Made by a program: the position numbers and the translations under genes. DNA of 64,000 nt from Podarcis gaigeae (taxonomy: Eukaryota): the NCBI GenBank assembly GCA_964106915.2, contig OZ066920.1. One strand, given 5' to 3'. Positions within the stretch are counted from its first letter, which is position 1; each line of letters starts with the position of its first letter. Below the pieces are notes generated by a model. That model did no database searches and was not told the origin of the DNA. It was given only the letters and a program-made list of their open reading frames with translations. Of the stretch, positions 12,445-25,979 are shown piece by piece.

Positions 12445-13384
12445 CTGCGAATGAGCACAAAAAATTAAAAGAAGCTAACTTAGGGACCATTCAACATTAA
12501 TTGTAAACATGTTCTTTAATTAGATCTGCACTAACTGTATATATTTATCTCAGAAAGGAATAAGTGAAAAGAATAGCACCTTAAAAGAGATTCAGTATTA
12601 ATGATTAATCATTTGCAAAATTTCAGATTCAGTCCAGAAATTGCAAACATTTCTTTATCAGAACACACAGCGCTAGCCAGTGTGACAAATCAGATGTTTC
12701 ATATTTGCCATTCACTGGCTGTAAGTGATTTGACTCAATACAAACCTAAACGTAAACACAAATCGGGTCTGAACAAAGAAGGCACATGCAGCAATATAGC
12801 TGAAAGCAAAGAAAAGCTTTCAAAAGTAAAATAAATCCTATTAGAATCTGTACATCCTGCTAATTGCAATATGTAAGTGCTGTGTTGGATCTAAACATTG
12901 AGAACTCTCAGTTTTCATCTCCAGGAGGAGCTATTCAAGGTAAATGACACAACTTGGTATATTGCTTCTAAGGAAGCAGCAATACCCACACCTCACTTAC
13001 ATGTTCACACCAGCTAGATTACATGAAAATCTTCACANNNNNNNNNNNNNNNNNNNNNNNNNNNNNNNNNNNNNNNNNNNNNNNNNNNNNNNNNNNNNNN
13101 NNNNNNNNNNNNNNNNNNNNNNNNNNNNNNNNNNNNNNNNNNNNNNNNNNNNNNNNNNNNNNNNNNNNNATCTTGTGATCATTTGTCTCTGACTGTGCTG
13201 ATGTCACATTTTAATGAATTTTAGAAATCTGAGTAATACCAGATAACCAGACTTGCAACTCCCTACAGCACAGCATGCTGTTTTCATTGCAATACAAACA
13301 AAAAAAGAAAGAAAGTCATATTTCGCAGTTCAGGTAGGAATTATACAAATTAGGAGCGGAAGGTAAAATGGGATTCAAAACACC

Positions 13385-13820
13385 AGGCTGCTCAATTTCA
13401 TAAAATCTTTAATGACCATATAAATTAACCCTGGAAAGGCAAAAGGTCACAGACATACATTTGCATACACTCCTCTATTCACTTTTGATAAGCAGAGCTT
13501 TTACGCAGGGAACATGATACAATTAACCCTTCAGGAACCGTACAAAATGCAGCTACCGACATTTTAAGTGTCAAGCATTAACTGAAAATTACACACTGCA
13601 TAAAATTTTCATTGTAAATGCTATAGTGATTGAAAGGGGAAATCGTGGCCCCTTCCGCACCCCATGTTTTATTAATAACATTCTGACAGCAGAATGAAAT
13701 ATCCTCTGTCATATGGAGCAGCTGAGCACAGAAAAATTGCTACTTAGTGCCTTACTTGCCAACTCTGCAGTGGAGCTGCATGCACGGGTAAACAATTGGA
13801 ATCAGCAATGCCGAACTATT
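13385..13820. promoter_or_regulatory. Candidate conserved non-coding element / enhancer
   Basis: Repeat-free, complex sequence with retained CpGs. DR1-like AGGCAAAAGGTCA (13437-49), octamer ATTTGCAT (13459-66), GATA TGATAA (13486-91), FOX GTAAACA (13788-94) and TGACAG sites. Conservation not verified. Confidence 0.45.
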
Positions 13821-14914
13821 AAAAAAACACATTTCATTTTTTTTAAAAAAAATGTTTACAACTTTTAATTTTAAAAGGATCTGAATGTTTTGCATTGATT
13901 TTGTTTGTGTATACAAATAAATGCTAGCAAATTAGATATCAATGACTACTTCATTCAACTGTATTTGAAAGGGCGGAGGCAATCCTCATTTTTTAAAAAA
14001 AAATATTGATGCAGAATGACCAGCACAAATGGAATAAACAATTCTCACTGCCTTAGCATGCTTTCTTCTTCTTTCCCTCTCTCAGTGGTATTACTAATCA
14101 AACACTGTAGGCTCCCTGGTCACAGTAGGAAGCAAGACTATGTTTGTTAAGGGTGATGGGGGAGCACAGTTTGGGATGCTGTAAGTCTGTGATCGTGACT
14201 AGATTGGGTTGTATTAATGCCAAGTACACAGGCACACACACTCACACCATGCATCTAGTCAGAACCTATGGGCTAATACAGCCTCTGGCACTTTCATTTT
14301 GACTCGAGCTCTGGAATGGACATTATTTTCTCCTCCTCCTAGATTTACCAGTCCGTTCCCTTTGGGCAGGAAAATGAAGTGTCAGAGTGATACTGAGTGT
14401 CCTTATCTTGAGGGGGCATAAAATTGTAAAGGCTGTCATGGTAATCATTAATAAAACAGAGAGAGAGGGAGAGAGGGAGATGGGCAAAGAGAAAATCATG
14501 AAGGTACTAAAAGAATAGCCAAAGTATCATCATCTGGGTCTCATCAGACAATTTTTGCAGGGTGCTCTTTTTCTGGTATGTGTTTTAAGTATGAGAGAAA
14601 TTCCCAGACATGTTCTCCTATACATCATCATGGTGTCTGACCTCTGCCTGACCCTGGCAACAGTTTGAGAAATCTAAATGTGAACAAAGACTCTGTGTCA
14701 GCAGCAGGGAGAGATTGTGGGGTAGACTTTCCTCCATCAACTTAATCGCAAACAGCAGTTTTTAGGCCATAACTTTACAGGGCTCCACCAAGCCACAAAC
14801 ACATAACCTTTGGAGGTGAAACTGCCCTCTACCCCTCCTCCCTTCTGTGATTTTTCTCAGTCCTCTGGTACTTCCTTTGATGTAGCAAGGCAATTAGATA
14901 TAATGTTCAAGTAC

Positions 14915-15110
14915 TGCAAGCCTGTTTTATGGTTTCGAAGGTGAGAGCTGTTTATTACAGGTAGGCTCCCGGGGGCCATAAAAGCTTTGCAAATTTTAAT
15001 CATGCAAAAAACTAATCAAATGTAACTTATACACACCATAAAAATTAATATCATTATTATGCACTATTTAAATTGGTTGTCTTGGCTTTTCAATGGCAGA
15101 CACATTAAGA
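14915..15110. promoter_or_regulatory. Candidate enhancer with a posterior-Hox/Cdx motif cluster
   Basis: TTTTATGG (14925-32), TTTATTAC (14951-58), CCATAAAA (14976-83 and 15036-43) within ~120 bp. Confidence 0.45.
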
Positions 15111-16519
15111 AAAATATTTGGCATTCATATCAGAAATATGTCTGGCTTTCCTTTCGGAAACCTATTTCAGAGACAGAAATGACAGTGGAGCTGCTTTTAC
15201 TGATTTCTTGCAATGTTACACTCTTGCAAATGTCTTTAATGAACTGCAGAAAAACGTAGCAGTCACACATACAAGCATATTAAGATGCCGAGAAGTAAAA
15301 ATATAGACTAATTCCTATAATTCTTAAGGAATTTCCAAAACAAAAAGTAACATCAGACAGTTCGTAGCATCAGCACTTCAGCAACTTGTACTTATTGCTT
15401 CAAAGTGTATTGTTCGATCGTAATGTTGTATTTTAATCAACAAAGATATCTGGGGGAAGTGTGCATGTATGAGTTCACACCACTATAGCTACTAAAAGAT
15501 CTATGAGTGTGTTTAGATATGAACAAGTCCTTGTGGTCTGTTTTAAATTTACAAGAGTTCTACCTATATACGCTTACATATGTAAGCTTTGAAAATAAGT
15601 AGAACATGGAATTCAGTCATATTTCAATAGCTAACATAACACTCACCATTGCAACTTGATATTTTATTCTCACCTGGTTTTGTTTTATCTAAATACTAAA
15701 ATGCCTTTGAAGTCAAGTCCAAGTTTAACCACTGTCAGCCTTTCCCCCCCCTTGAAACCCTTTTATGATGTACACACAGTATTAAAAGCTGCACAGTTTG
15801 GAATGCTTATCATTAAAACTGGGCAGAACAAAAATTACCAACTGAAATATACATGTCCTTATTAATTATGTTTACACAATTAATACATGGGAAATGCATA
15901 TTTCAGAGACCAGTTCTTTCCATGTAATACTATACTTCCAAGTTACAGAGGACCCTGTCTTAAAGATACTTGCCCATTTCTTCCACCACGAGTGGTGGGG
16001 AAGGATACAAATGGCAGTAAACATAGACCTGATGGAGAACTATTCTACACAATCAAGGCGGCAAGAGCAGAGATTTGGCCAGGAAGCCTGAACCTGCAGG
16101 GAAGCTGCCCAGCAGAACTTGGATGGCAGGAGCTGAGTTGCAACGGTTGGCAAAGAATCTTCCCCAAGGACCTGTTGTTCCAAAGATGCTCAGGTAGCAA
16201 CTAAAGGATTTTATAGTGGAGCTGGCTGCTTCTGCTGCTTCTGGATCAGCAGGGCCCTGATCTGAGTCATTACTCAGTGCCTACCTGTTCCCTCTGAGTA
16301 AGCCTTGCAAAACGGAGGCCTTGGTCAACAGAAAAGGGGCTGCAGCACCACTTCTTTGCTTTAATGCAGCTCCATCACTGTCACTGTGTAGCCTCCATGG
16401 ATAGGGTGTCATCTGGGAGCGCTGGCTGTTCATCACCCTGTGGGGTAAGCGTCTGTGTCTACTCTACAGACATTTCATAGGGTCTGGAGTATATGGGCAC
16501 AGATCTTCAAAGCTCTTCC

Positions 16520-16607
16520 TATATTTTACCTCAATAATGTTTGCAACAACTCTAGATAGTAATCAGTACTATTGCCCCCATGTTGCATTGGATAGGCTGA
16601 AGATAAA

Positions 16608-16649
<42 letters not shown>

Positions 16650-16715
16650 GGATGTCTATGGCCACAGTGAGAATGGCCAAGGTGAGATACAAATCAGGGA
16701 CTTCCTGGCTCGCTA
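16520..16715 (-). mobile_element. MIR-like CORE-SINE relic interrupted by (TAA)n
   Basis: caacaactct...tactattgcccccatgttgca...ggctga matches the antisense CORE pattern; the tRNA-like B-box remnant is at the right end. Confidence 0.45.
16609..16649. repeat. (TAA)n microsatellite
   Basis: Direct reading. Confidence 0.95.
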
Positions 16716-17047
16716 CATCAGTTCTTTCTGAAAAAAGAGTTTCTTAATAAGAAAAGCTGGACAGTAAATTAGTGTCAATTATTTAATGAATATTACTACA
16801 GATGCCAGGCCTGAAAGAAGAAAGGAAGAGATTGTCTTGAACCAACAACATCATTAGGAAAGGTCCTTGAGAATAAAACACCTGCTTGCATATTGAAAGA
16901 CTGGATTGTACCCTAGAATAACATCCTCAAATTATTTTAACCACAAGGTGCCTTGCAGCTTATGCCAAACCTATTATGACCTAAGCGTTTATTTACTAGA
17001 GTACAGTTCTCCAGATATATGGCAGCTTCTGATATTGTAAGGTGCAG

Positions 17048-17055
17048 GTGTGTGT

Positions 17056-17101
<46 letters not shown>
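17048..17101. repeat. (GT)5(AC)22 microsatellite
   Basis: Direct reading. Confidence 0.95.
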
Positions 17102-17104
<3 letters not shown>

Positions 17105-17427
17105 AGAAAGAGGGGGGGAGGGAGAGGTGCCAATTCATGAAGAAGTGTAGGTGATAGCAAACAAACATCCTGTAGTGTGATAAAACTCAATATTCTGATT
17201 AAATCCCCACATGAAGGAGCTAAACTTTTTGAAGATCCTTTCCCTCTGATCTCATTTTTGACAATCTCTCCTACACCCACCCATTGCGCAGTCCTCATCT
17301 GTATTAGAATTGTTTAAAAGATGTTTTAAGATGTTATTGTTTTATCACTTGCTGTTTGCCATCCTCGACATATAAATTTAATAATAAATGGCCACCAACA
17401 GTTGTGTGCCACTTAGAACAACACTTC

Positions 17428-17550
17428 ACTTATCAAATGAAGCAGGCTCTAATCCATGAAAGTTTATGCCATTAAAAACATGCTCTCCTCTTTTAGGTGC
17501 CACAGTACTGGTTTGGCTGCCACACACTAACACATCTACTTCTCTGGAAA
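17428..17550 (+). mobile_element. Old, decayed Penelope pLTR relic with degenerate hammerhead core
   Basis: Colinear similarity to the young element: tatcaaatgaag...catgaaagtttatg vs tatctgaagaag...cacgaaagctcata; ttaggtgccac vs taaggtgctac; cacactaacacatctacttctctg vs cagaccaacacggctacctatctg. Confidence 0.6.
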
Positions 17551-19629
17551 TACTTTTAAGAATCTCTAAACTGAAGTTTTTTAAAAGCTGAAGACCCACA
17601 TTCCATCACAATGCTTAAATATCCCAGCAATACAGGTGTAGTATCTTTATAGCAGTGAATATATGTATGCTGGGGGTGATACCACATACAGAACTCTGTG
17701 AACATGCTCAGTAATTGATCCGGAATCTTGGACAAACCGTGCTTTTAATTTCAGATCCTAGGAGCTCAATGGACTGAATTAGTTCCCAACCAATGGTGCA
17801 AAAAATTATTTTATATTTTACACATAAGTGAATGGTTGCGACTTAGTACTATGCAGAAATTAAAGAGCTATTGTTGAGGGCAACAAAGTGAAGTGAGCAA
17901 AATCTGCTCATTAGCCCAAAACTGGATCACCCAGCTACCACTATTATCAAGAAGCAATATTCCTGCCCTCCTGCTAATAGTAGTTACAGGACGCAGGAAT
18001 ATTTCATACACTTACCACCACCTCAACTGGATAGGGGGAATACAGGTTCCCTCACCCAATCAAACCTGAGAGGAGCTTTTAGATTGGTACCAGGGAGGCA
18101 TTTCTTGCCTTTCCCTATGAATCTTGTGGTCTAATCAGGTTGAGCAAGAAGCAGAATCAAGCCCATTTTTACACTTGTTTGGGAAGCAAGGGTGACAATA
18201 AAAAAGATTGTGGAAACAATTAGACATCTGAATCACTTTTTTTAAAGAATTAAGCAGTCTTTAGCCAATTTGACAGTAAAAGGGTCAGGCAGCCAAACTA
18301 ACTAAAACTGAGAAATTCCAAAGCTTATTTTTCTGAAATGAAAGCAGCAGATTTTGACAGCTGGCTATTATAGCCTCATTTTTTTATTGCTTAACATCTG
18401 CGCAACATGAGAAGCAAACCCCTTTCTCAAAGAATCCCTACTCTGTTGTGTAACAGTCCTAACAGATTACTCCTGTTCTAGCAATCCCCACCTGTTCTTC
18501 ATCCTCATTCTTTTCAATTCAACTTACCCTTATTGTACAAAAAAATTCCATCACTTTCCTCCTTATTTCCCCCCATATCTGATTTCTATGAATCGATGGA
18601 TGAAGAATGGTATATAAATTTAACTCATAAAATAAAATAAATAAAATGTAACATAATGAGCTGAGTAGTTTCAAAGAAACGACTAAAAGGAACAACACAA
18701 CATAAGATCCCCATTTCCACTCCATCTACTAAGGCCTATGGATTCAGGAAGATATTCTTCTGTTTCATGCTGCCCATCAAGCAACTACAACAGAATTCAA
18801 GATTACATGATGTATAATTGTAAATGTGCTGGTTTGCTCAATATGTAAGCCTCTATCCACTCAGTGAGTCTAGATTTCATTCTACTTTATTTTATTGGTC
18901 TAACAGTAACAAAAACATATTAAAATCATATTAAAATCAAACTGATTTTTGATTATTACAGTTTTACATTTTGATTACTACAGTTCTACAATTTGTTTTT
19001 CAAATGATGAACAACAGGTCCGCTGTAGACCTTCAGACCAGACAAGTTACTCTTTCCCTTGTTCTTGCCTGAGGAACTATTCAACCCATATACTATTTTC
19101 ACCACCTTATTCAGTTTACTGACAATAACAGATATGTAATACTTTGCTTCCAGAGTTTGGTAGGTTACTAAATAAGCAATCCACTAGAACAGTGGTTCCC
19201 AATTAGCTAAGTACTGTGGACCTCTGTTTTTCAAAAGCCAAGCTATGGACCCCTACTTCTGAAAATTCAGATATATCTATGGTAGTTTTTGTTATGTGAA
19301 TGGTATCACAGACCCCCTGGGCGGGTTACAAAGAACTCCTGGGGGTCATATACATCTGTTGGCCTGTGTTTGGCTTATTGGGTTGCAAGCTGGTGATGGC
19401 TAAATGTTGCTTAAATGTTGCTGTTACTATGTCACTTTTAACACTGAACTGCCTTAAAACAATTTATAGAATAAAAATAGAAATAACAGGAAGCATGAAA
19501 CCAAGTATAAAAGCAAGAATACAATAAGATCTAAACTGCACATCTAAAAATATGCATCTAACAGGAACAAGTCCTACCCACCTCATTTAAAAGTCCACAG
19601 AGATAATCAGTTACCCTCCAAATTAAGGA

Positions 19630-19995
19630 TCAAAGGCCAAGATAAATTAAATTTTTTTGCCTGGCACATAAAAACAGACAGCACCAGGTATGCTGCTCTG
19701 GGGAGTGCATTCTGCAAGTGGAGAGCCACTACTGGAAAGGCCTGTTCTCATATTGCCTACTCTGCACCTCCCTTGGAGAGGACACATGGAGAAAAGTCTT
19801 CGATAATGAATGATGTGTCTGGGTTGGGTCATATGAGGAGAAGCTGTTCTGGAGGTACTGGGGTCTTGAGCCATGTAAGGCCTTATGGCTAAAAACTTTG
19901 AACTGAGCCTGGACACTAATTGGTAGTTGGTGGAGTTCCGTCAAGATTGGAGTTAATAAGCTCACACCATCTTGCTCCGGTCAGCAATCTGGGGC
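19630..19995 (-). mobile_element. L2 LINE 3' fragment
   Basis: ORF 19729-19965 gives LTPILTELHQLPISVQAQFKV..KALHG, resembling the L2 C-terminal HITP.L..LHWLP...RI.FK motif. Confidence 0.75.
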
Positions 19996-21907
19996 AAGAT
20001 GGTCTGAGAATATAAACAACTAAATTAAGATGGGCAAGTAAGCACTGAAAAGTAATGAGTCTATGCCAGGGAAGAGAGGGAGAAAGTGATTAATAGCGGA
20101 TGGATAAACAACGACAGGAAATGAATTCCACTCCAAATGGGCGATGAGCATGTTTGACTTCTAAAATGTTAAACTGACAAAGTGCAACTAAGTGAAGAAG
20201 ATGTAACATCCATTTCTCTTAAAATATCTGTACACACATTTTAAGCGTCTTTCATTTGCCTCACTCACCCTAATTTCTACTGTAATGGGGAGCTTAACTG
20301 TCATGCTGCTCTTCTTACACATGGCACTGTAACCAAAATAGGACGGTCCTTGGAAACAGACTTACAATTTAATAATTTACTATAGCCCACCCTAGACAAT
20401 TACACTTCCCTCTCACATGTCTTGGGGAGTAGGCATGTACTTGCTGCAAACAGCCTTCCAATCTGAAACAGCTACACACCATTCACAACAGGCCATACAA
20501 CAGAAATTTGGAAACAGGCCTGTCCTTGTGGCAGACCCAGATGTCTACGCTGTTCCTATGTCTATTCTGGCGATAGGATCTATCTATCTATCACTTAATC
20601 AACAAAAGTCTCTAAGCAGTTTACCTAAAACACTGTAATTACATAGAAATGTCATCCACAGCATCAGGGTTTAATTCACCTGCTCATCTTCCACAATATG
20701 ATGTATACCATCATCTGCTAGCAATATTCCTCTGTGTTCTACACAGCAGAAAAAGACTAGTTTATACACAAAAGATTAAATGAACACCAGAAATTTCAAT
20801 ATTAAAAATGCCAATGGGAAAACATTTCAGCCACCCAGAGCAATCTGTGTAAGCGACCTCAGGGTGGCCATCCCAGAGCAAAGGAACTTCAAAGAGACAC
20901 TGCAATATGAAAAACACTGAATTACAAGACATCAAGTGGTTCAATGCTGTCACTTGTAGACTGAAAGAAGACAAAGGATTTTTAGCGCATTATACGTGTT
21001 AATTTGCTTACCACTGCCAGCCCTTGACAGCAATAAAATATTATAGCAAAATATCATCCAATTAAGAGCTAATCTTTATTAAATCAACACAAGAAAAAAT
21101 GCTGAAAACCAGAACTAGTGTGAAAATATATATTTACCTGTAATATCTTTTCCTGTATCACCTACAGCTGAATGTTTTAAGTTGTTAAAAGTTTAATATG
21201 CATTTCAGCTTCACATCTGAACCAAATTGGCTACACAAAATCATACATTCGAAAGTTACCTCAAAGGTCCTCCAATTTTACTCCCAGTTTGTGCAGAAAA
21301 TATATAGGTTATGTTTTGAAATTTTGTTCCAGGGCTTCCATTTTTAGTGCACAGCACAGTCTTGCTTAGGTAGTGTGAGGAGCTAGTTTAGAAAAACTTT
21401 TGTGTTAGACACTATGGATTTCAGCCTATCTTTATCTAAATGAAGAAAACAAGGAAAAGCACAAGGTCTGGTAATACAAATACAAATCTAAAATAAGCCA
21501 AGTAAAGATGCAATTTGAAGAATAAATTTCTATGTAGAAGCATAAATTGTGAGACCATTAGACAAAAAGGTAAATAAGAATGGCTAAATGAAGTCATAGA
21601 AATTGGGGGGTGGGGAGCTAAATAAATTACTTTTATCAGTCTTCGGTACAAAAGCTTGGAAGAAAATATCATCTGAATTTATTGGATGTTGGTGGTAGAA
21701 CACCTTTAAGGCTCATTCAGAAACTTCAGTCATTTTTAGTTCAGAAAAAAGGCTACTGAGAGAAATGAGACAGATGGTTACATAATTTTGAATAGCAGGA
21801 ACAGAATAGAGACAATACGTTTTGTGTCAAAGTACTAAAACCTGGACTTGTCCAATAAAATTAAGTTTAGGTAAAGGAAAACGAACAAAGCAGAATTTAT
21901 TTACACA

Positions 21908-22026
21908 GGGGATATAGCTCAGTCAGTAGAGCATGAGGCTCTTAATCTCAGGGTTGTGGGTTCAGGCACAGGGGTTGGACTAGATTACCCTCATGGTCCC
22001 TTCCAACTCTACATTTCTATGATTAT
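21908..22026 (+). mobile_element. tRNA-Lys-derived SINE with CR1-type 3' tail
   Basis: ggggatatagctcagtcagtagagcatgaggctcttaatctcagggttgtgggttc head followed by ggggttggactagat...ggtcccttccaactctacatttctatgatt, the CR1 terminus with TTCTATGA repeat. Confidence 0.8.
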
Positions 22027-22470
22027 ACAGTTGCTGTGATGGTACATAATCTAATAGAAGCATAGCTATCCCTGTCATGCCTTGCTTGACATGCCTTTCC
22101 ATTTTCTTGGGGTGAAATGGAGATGGAATGCAGGACCAAGGGAACCTAACACTTGAGAAAAAAATCTGGGCTTTGGTCTGATCTAGCAAAATACTTCTTA
22201 TATACTTAAAAATGGGGAACTACTTCAGCACCTTTTCTGCCTCACAATTTCACTTGAAAGGCAGAATTATGAGTGAAGCAGTTTAAAAATAGCATACAAA
22301 TTAGGGGAAAATCAGTACAGATTTGATTTGAAAAGCAATGGCACAGAAATGCTTTACTGGTTGCTAAATATTTTATGACTAAAATTTTAGCAATCTTGCT
22401 TGTACCCAAAATATGAGTGCAAGCTTTTTAAGCTGTCAAATATCTTCATTAGAGCCTTCTTTGGTGTCAG

Positions 22471-22473
<3 letters not shown>

Positions 22474-22505
<32 letters not shown>
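22474..22505. repeat. (GT)16 microsatellite
   Basis: Direct reading. Confidence 0.95.
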
Positions 22506-22507
<2 letters not shown>

Positions 22508-23801
22508 AGGCAGAACTGTCAGATCACTATCACATTACTTACACTTTGAGCTAAGGAAATAAATATATGTCTAAGGTGCCTCAAATGGCAAGACTACAGG
22601 TTAAGCTTTAAAGTTTAGGTTGCCTTGTCTTCTGAGGACCAGAGTGGTAGATGAGGCAAGACACTGTTCAAACCAGATCCCTTCAGGGTACCCTGCAGGC
22701 TGTGGTCCTAGCCTGAAGCAAGGAAAGAGCTGGGACCTCAAAACGGCACTTTAAAAATACCTATCCCTTAGTTGGACCTAGGCCAAGCCAGACAATACAG
22801 CACTTGATGAGAGCACATAAAGGTTGTGTATTCAAAGTATGTTATAATTTTGCGCTGCCTCAGGATACTTGAACCATGCCTCTTGCAGGCATTGCAACTG
22901 AGCAAGTGTGAATCTTCCTTCATAAACTGTTCAAGCTTGTCCAATGTAACATGTTTTCTCCTGGCTATTGACAATAGAATACCTGCAGCCTTGCTCCTGA
23001 ACAACTATTAGGCTATATTTGCTGTTTGCCCAGCCATGTGTGTCTGTGAGTAGCAGATCAACCTCTCCTAGTGCACTTCCCTAAGAAAGCATCCCTATCT
23101 TTTTCAAAACACACCCTGTGTATTCATCAGGTAAGGAAGCTAACACTGCTTTCTATATAACAGACTGTGAACTTGATGGTATGCAGAGAAGGGAATCCAT
23201 TTCTCATTGCATCCTTTGGGAAATGTATGCCAGAAGAAATATAATAAAGGTATATGAAAAAGGTTTCTTTGGGGATTTTATCAGATAACAATTATACCAG
23301 GTCTGTCAAAGACAAACACACAAACCAATCCAAGATTATTTTTGTTAGTGTGGAATATTTTGTCTATAAGCAAATAATTGATGTGATGTTTCTTTAACTA
23401 GCTACAAGAAAAATAAATAACTTCAATGGATAACATAGAAGAATGCTACCAAATATGAACTTCAGGATGTTTGAGTTCTGTAATCTCTCATTTCAGTAAA
23501 TTTGAAGAAGGCCCATCATACTATTACTCCTGCAGTGTCAAGACATACATCAATAAATTGCAAATAACTAAATTAAAGATAAAGTAGATTATAGTTACAA
23601 AAAGTAATAAACAATTCCTAGCACTCCAACAAAACACTAAATTAAAAGCAGGACTGATTCAATGTATATATATATATTATTTACACTTCAAATATTATGG
23701 AAGAAAAAAGACACAAGAATCATGACTGTAATAACTATGAAGATGCAGTTGTCAAACAAACAAAAACTATCCACAAGTCTATTCAGAAAAAAAGTAACTC
23801 A

Positions 23802-23960
23802 GACTATGCATGCACCATACATTTAAAGCCCTCCCCCCAAGAATCCTGGAGTTTGTTAAGGGTGCTCTGTGAGGGACTCTTTACAGTTCTTAGGATTATT
23901 TATTGGAAGGTGGGAAGGAGGGAGAATATGCTTAAAATGTATGATGTGTGTACACAGCTT
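23802..23960. mobile_element. Degenerate MITE with terminal inverted repeats
   Basis: caccatacatttaaagc near the left end pairs with gcttaaaatgtatgatgtg near the right end. Confidence 0.5.
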
Positions 23961-25979
23961 CCCTATAATTTGAAGTATATTTTGTCAGATGTGCAACATA
24001 TGGCTTACTCATGAAAAGTGATGAATTTGTTCAAACAACACACACACACACAAAATTTTCTTTGAAGTATAACACAAGAATGTGACTGTATTGCAAAGAA
24101 CTCCAAGGTTAGAAGTGTGATCCTAAATGTGTATACTAATTTGATACAAAGTACAGAGCTCTGTTAAGTTTGCAGCTCCAAGAAGTTATACATGAACTGT
24201 CCTGCAGAAAGGGCAAAAGGGCCCATTTAAGTGTGGATGGCTCACAATTGCTTCAATGGCTAGTTACCTTGCAACAAACGCAGAAGCAGAGTCCTGCCAT
24301 TTATTTATTAAATAAAATTTAAATTTCATATATATGGCCAGTCATGGTGTGTGGGTGGGTGCTGAACAATGTATTCTTACATAAGTGTACTATGTATTAA
24401 ATGTATATAATCTATACTTAACATTTCCTCCATGAGCATACCATTTAATCCAGCAGAACTTTACCAATATCACATAAAGTTAACAGTTCAAATATGGTTT
24501 CCTTAAACTTTTATCTCAGTATTCTGTTGGGGAAAGACTTAGGCCATTACAGACACTTAAGCACAAAGGTAAATGAAGTTGAATAAATGAATGCTGATAA
24601 TACAGAAAGCTCATCTTTACTGAGTAGGCACAAATTCAATCCAGCAAAATAGAAATGGTTTGATCCCCCTGATTTTATAGGACTAAAATTAGACTTGATT
24701 TAACAGAACTTAGTAGGAACACCATGTGACTCAGCTATCTAAGTACCATATGACTATGAAGGTTTCTGATTTGAGAGTTGTGTTTAAAGCATCATCTGCT
24801 TCTCAATTGTTCTTACAATATTTTAGGTCCTTTTTACTTAAACAAATCCTAACAATAAGGGTCTGTCAGCAAATATAGCCTTACAAGGTCCTGTAGTAAT
24901 CAGTTTATGTGGAATGCAACCAAATAATAAAAAACACCACAACTTATATTCCCCAAATGGTGAATTATGTCAGATAGAAAAATGCATTAGCTTAGCCACC
25001 TTATACCTATAATGCTATTTCACTGAATTCTTTATGAAAACTGAATATATGGCTCAAGTTATTGTTACTTAAACTCCCTAAATGAAATAAAGAAAGAAAC
25101 AAACAATTTAGGGTTGTGAAATCAGCCAGTATAAAATTATTTAGTTCACAGCTACAGCTACCATGGTCAAATAACCTAACCCTAAAAGAAAATACAGTAT
25201 TACTTAAATGTAGCTTGTCTAAAGCTAAACCTGCTTGGCGGCTGGGAGTTAGAAGGAGCTTATCAAGGATTCATAAGAGATCTTTCTGGAAATGGCAGAA
25301 ACCAGTCCTTGATTACACAGTCTGGCATAATCATGGAGTTCTTTCTCCTGTATTCCTACTGTAATACACAAATTACATGACTATCTTTTATCTGTGATAT
25401 TCTTCATAAATGCAAAGGTATTAATTTGTATGGTGCTTAAGGAAGTATACTTGTTAATCATTGTTTCCTTTGCATCCCCAGCTTGAATTCAAATCACCTT
25501 CATGTGCAGAGCTTTGCCTGCAAGAGAAGTTTCTTACCTGCGGGTCATCTGACATCATTGTGACTGACAGATGGCAACACTGTCCACCTGTCAAAATGGC
25601 CTAAGTAGGTAGACAAGGACAGGATCCAACCTGCCAGCCAGATCCTATTCCCCACCCCCCTGCTGTAAGAAATGAGAGACTGGAAAGAGACAGATTATAT
25701 AGCAGAATTTCCTGCAATGGTTTGATTGCAAAGGATGCAATTCACATCCAGTTGTGGTTACCAGCAAAATTTTAGTTTACATTCATGGGTTTTGATGGTA
25801 CCCCATTGTTCAGAAGCATCAATTCACTGTTCCCCAATTCATTGTTCAGTAGCACCAATAGACATGTGGAGATGCAAGTTAGGGTCTGAAGTTGAAAGCA
25901 TGTAGGCAGTGACTGTATGGTGGTTGAACTGACCAGGATCTTCCATGGTAGAGATTTGAGGGAGGTTGCATGCCTTCAC

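Noticed and set aside
15887-16500. GC-richer stretch with a 105-aa ORF
   Set aside because: No recognisable protein or convincing splice sites; probably an old unclassified repeat.
21908-21965. Apparent tRNA-Lys(CTT) gene
   Set aside because: The T-arm and acceptor stem are incomplete and it runs straight into a CR1 tail, so it is a SINE.
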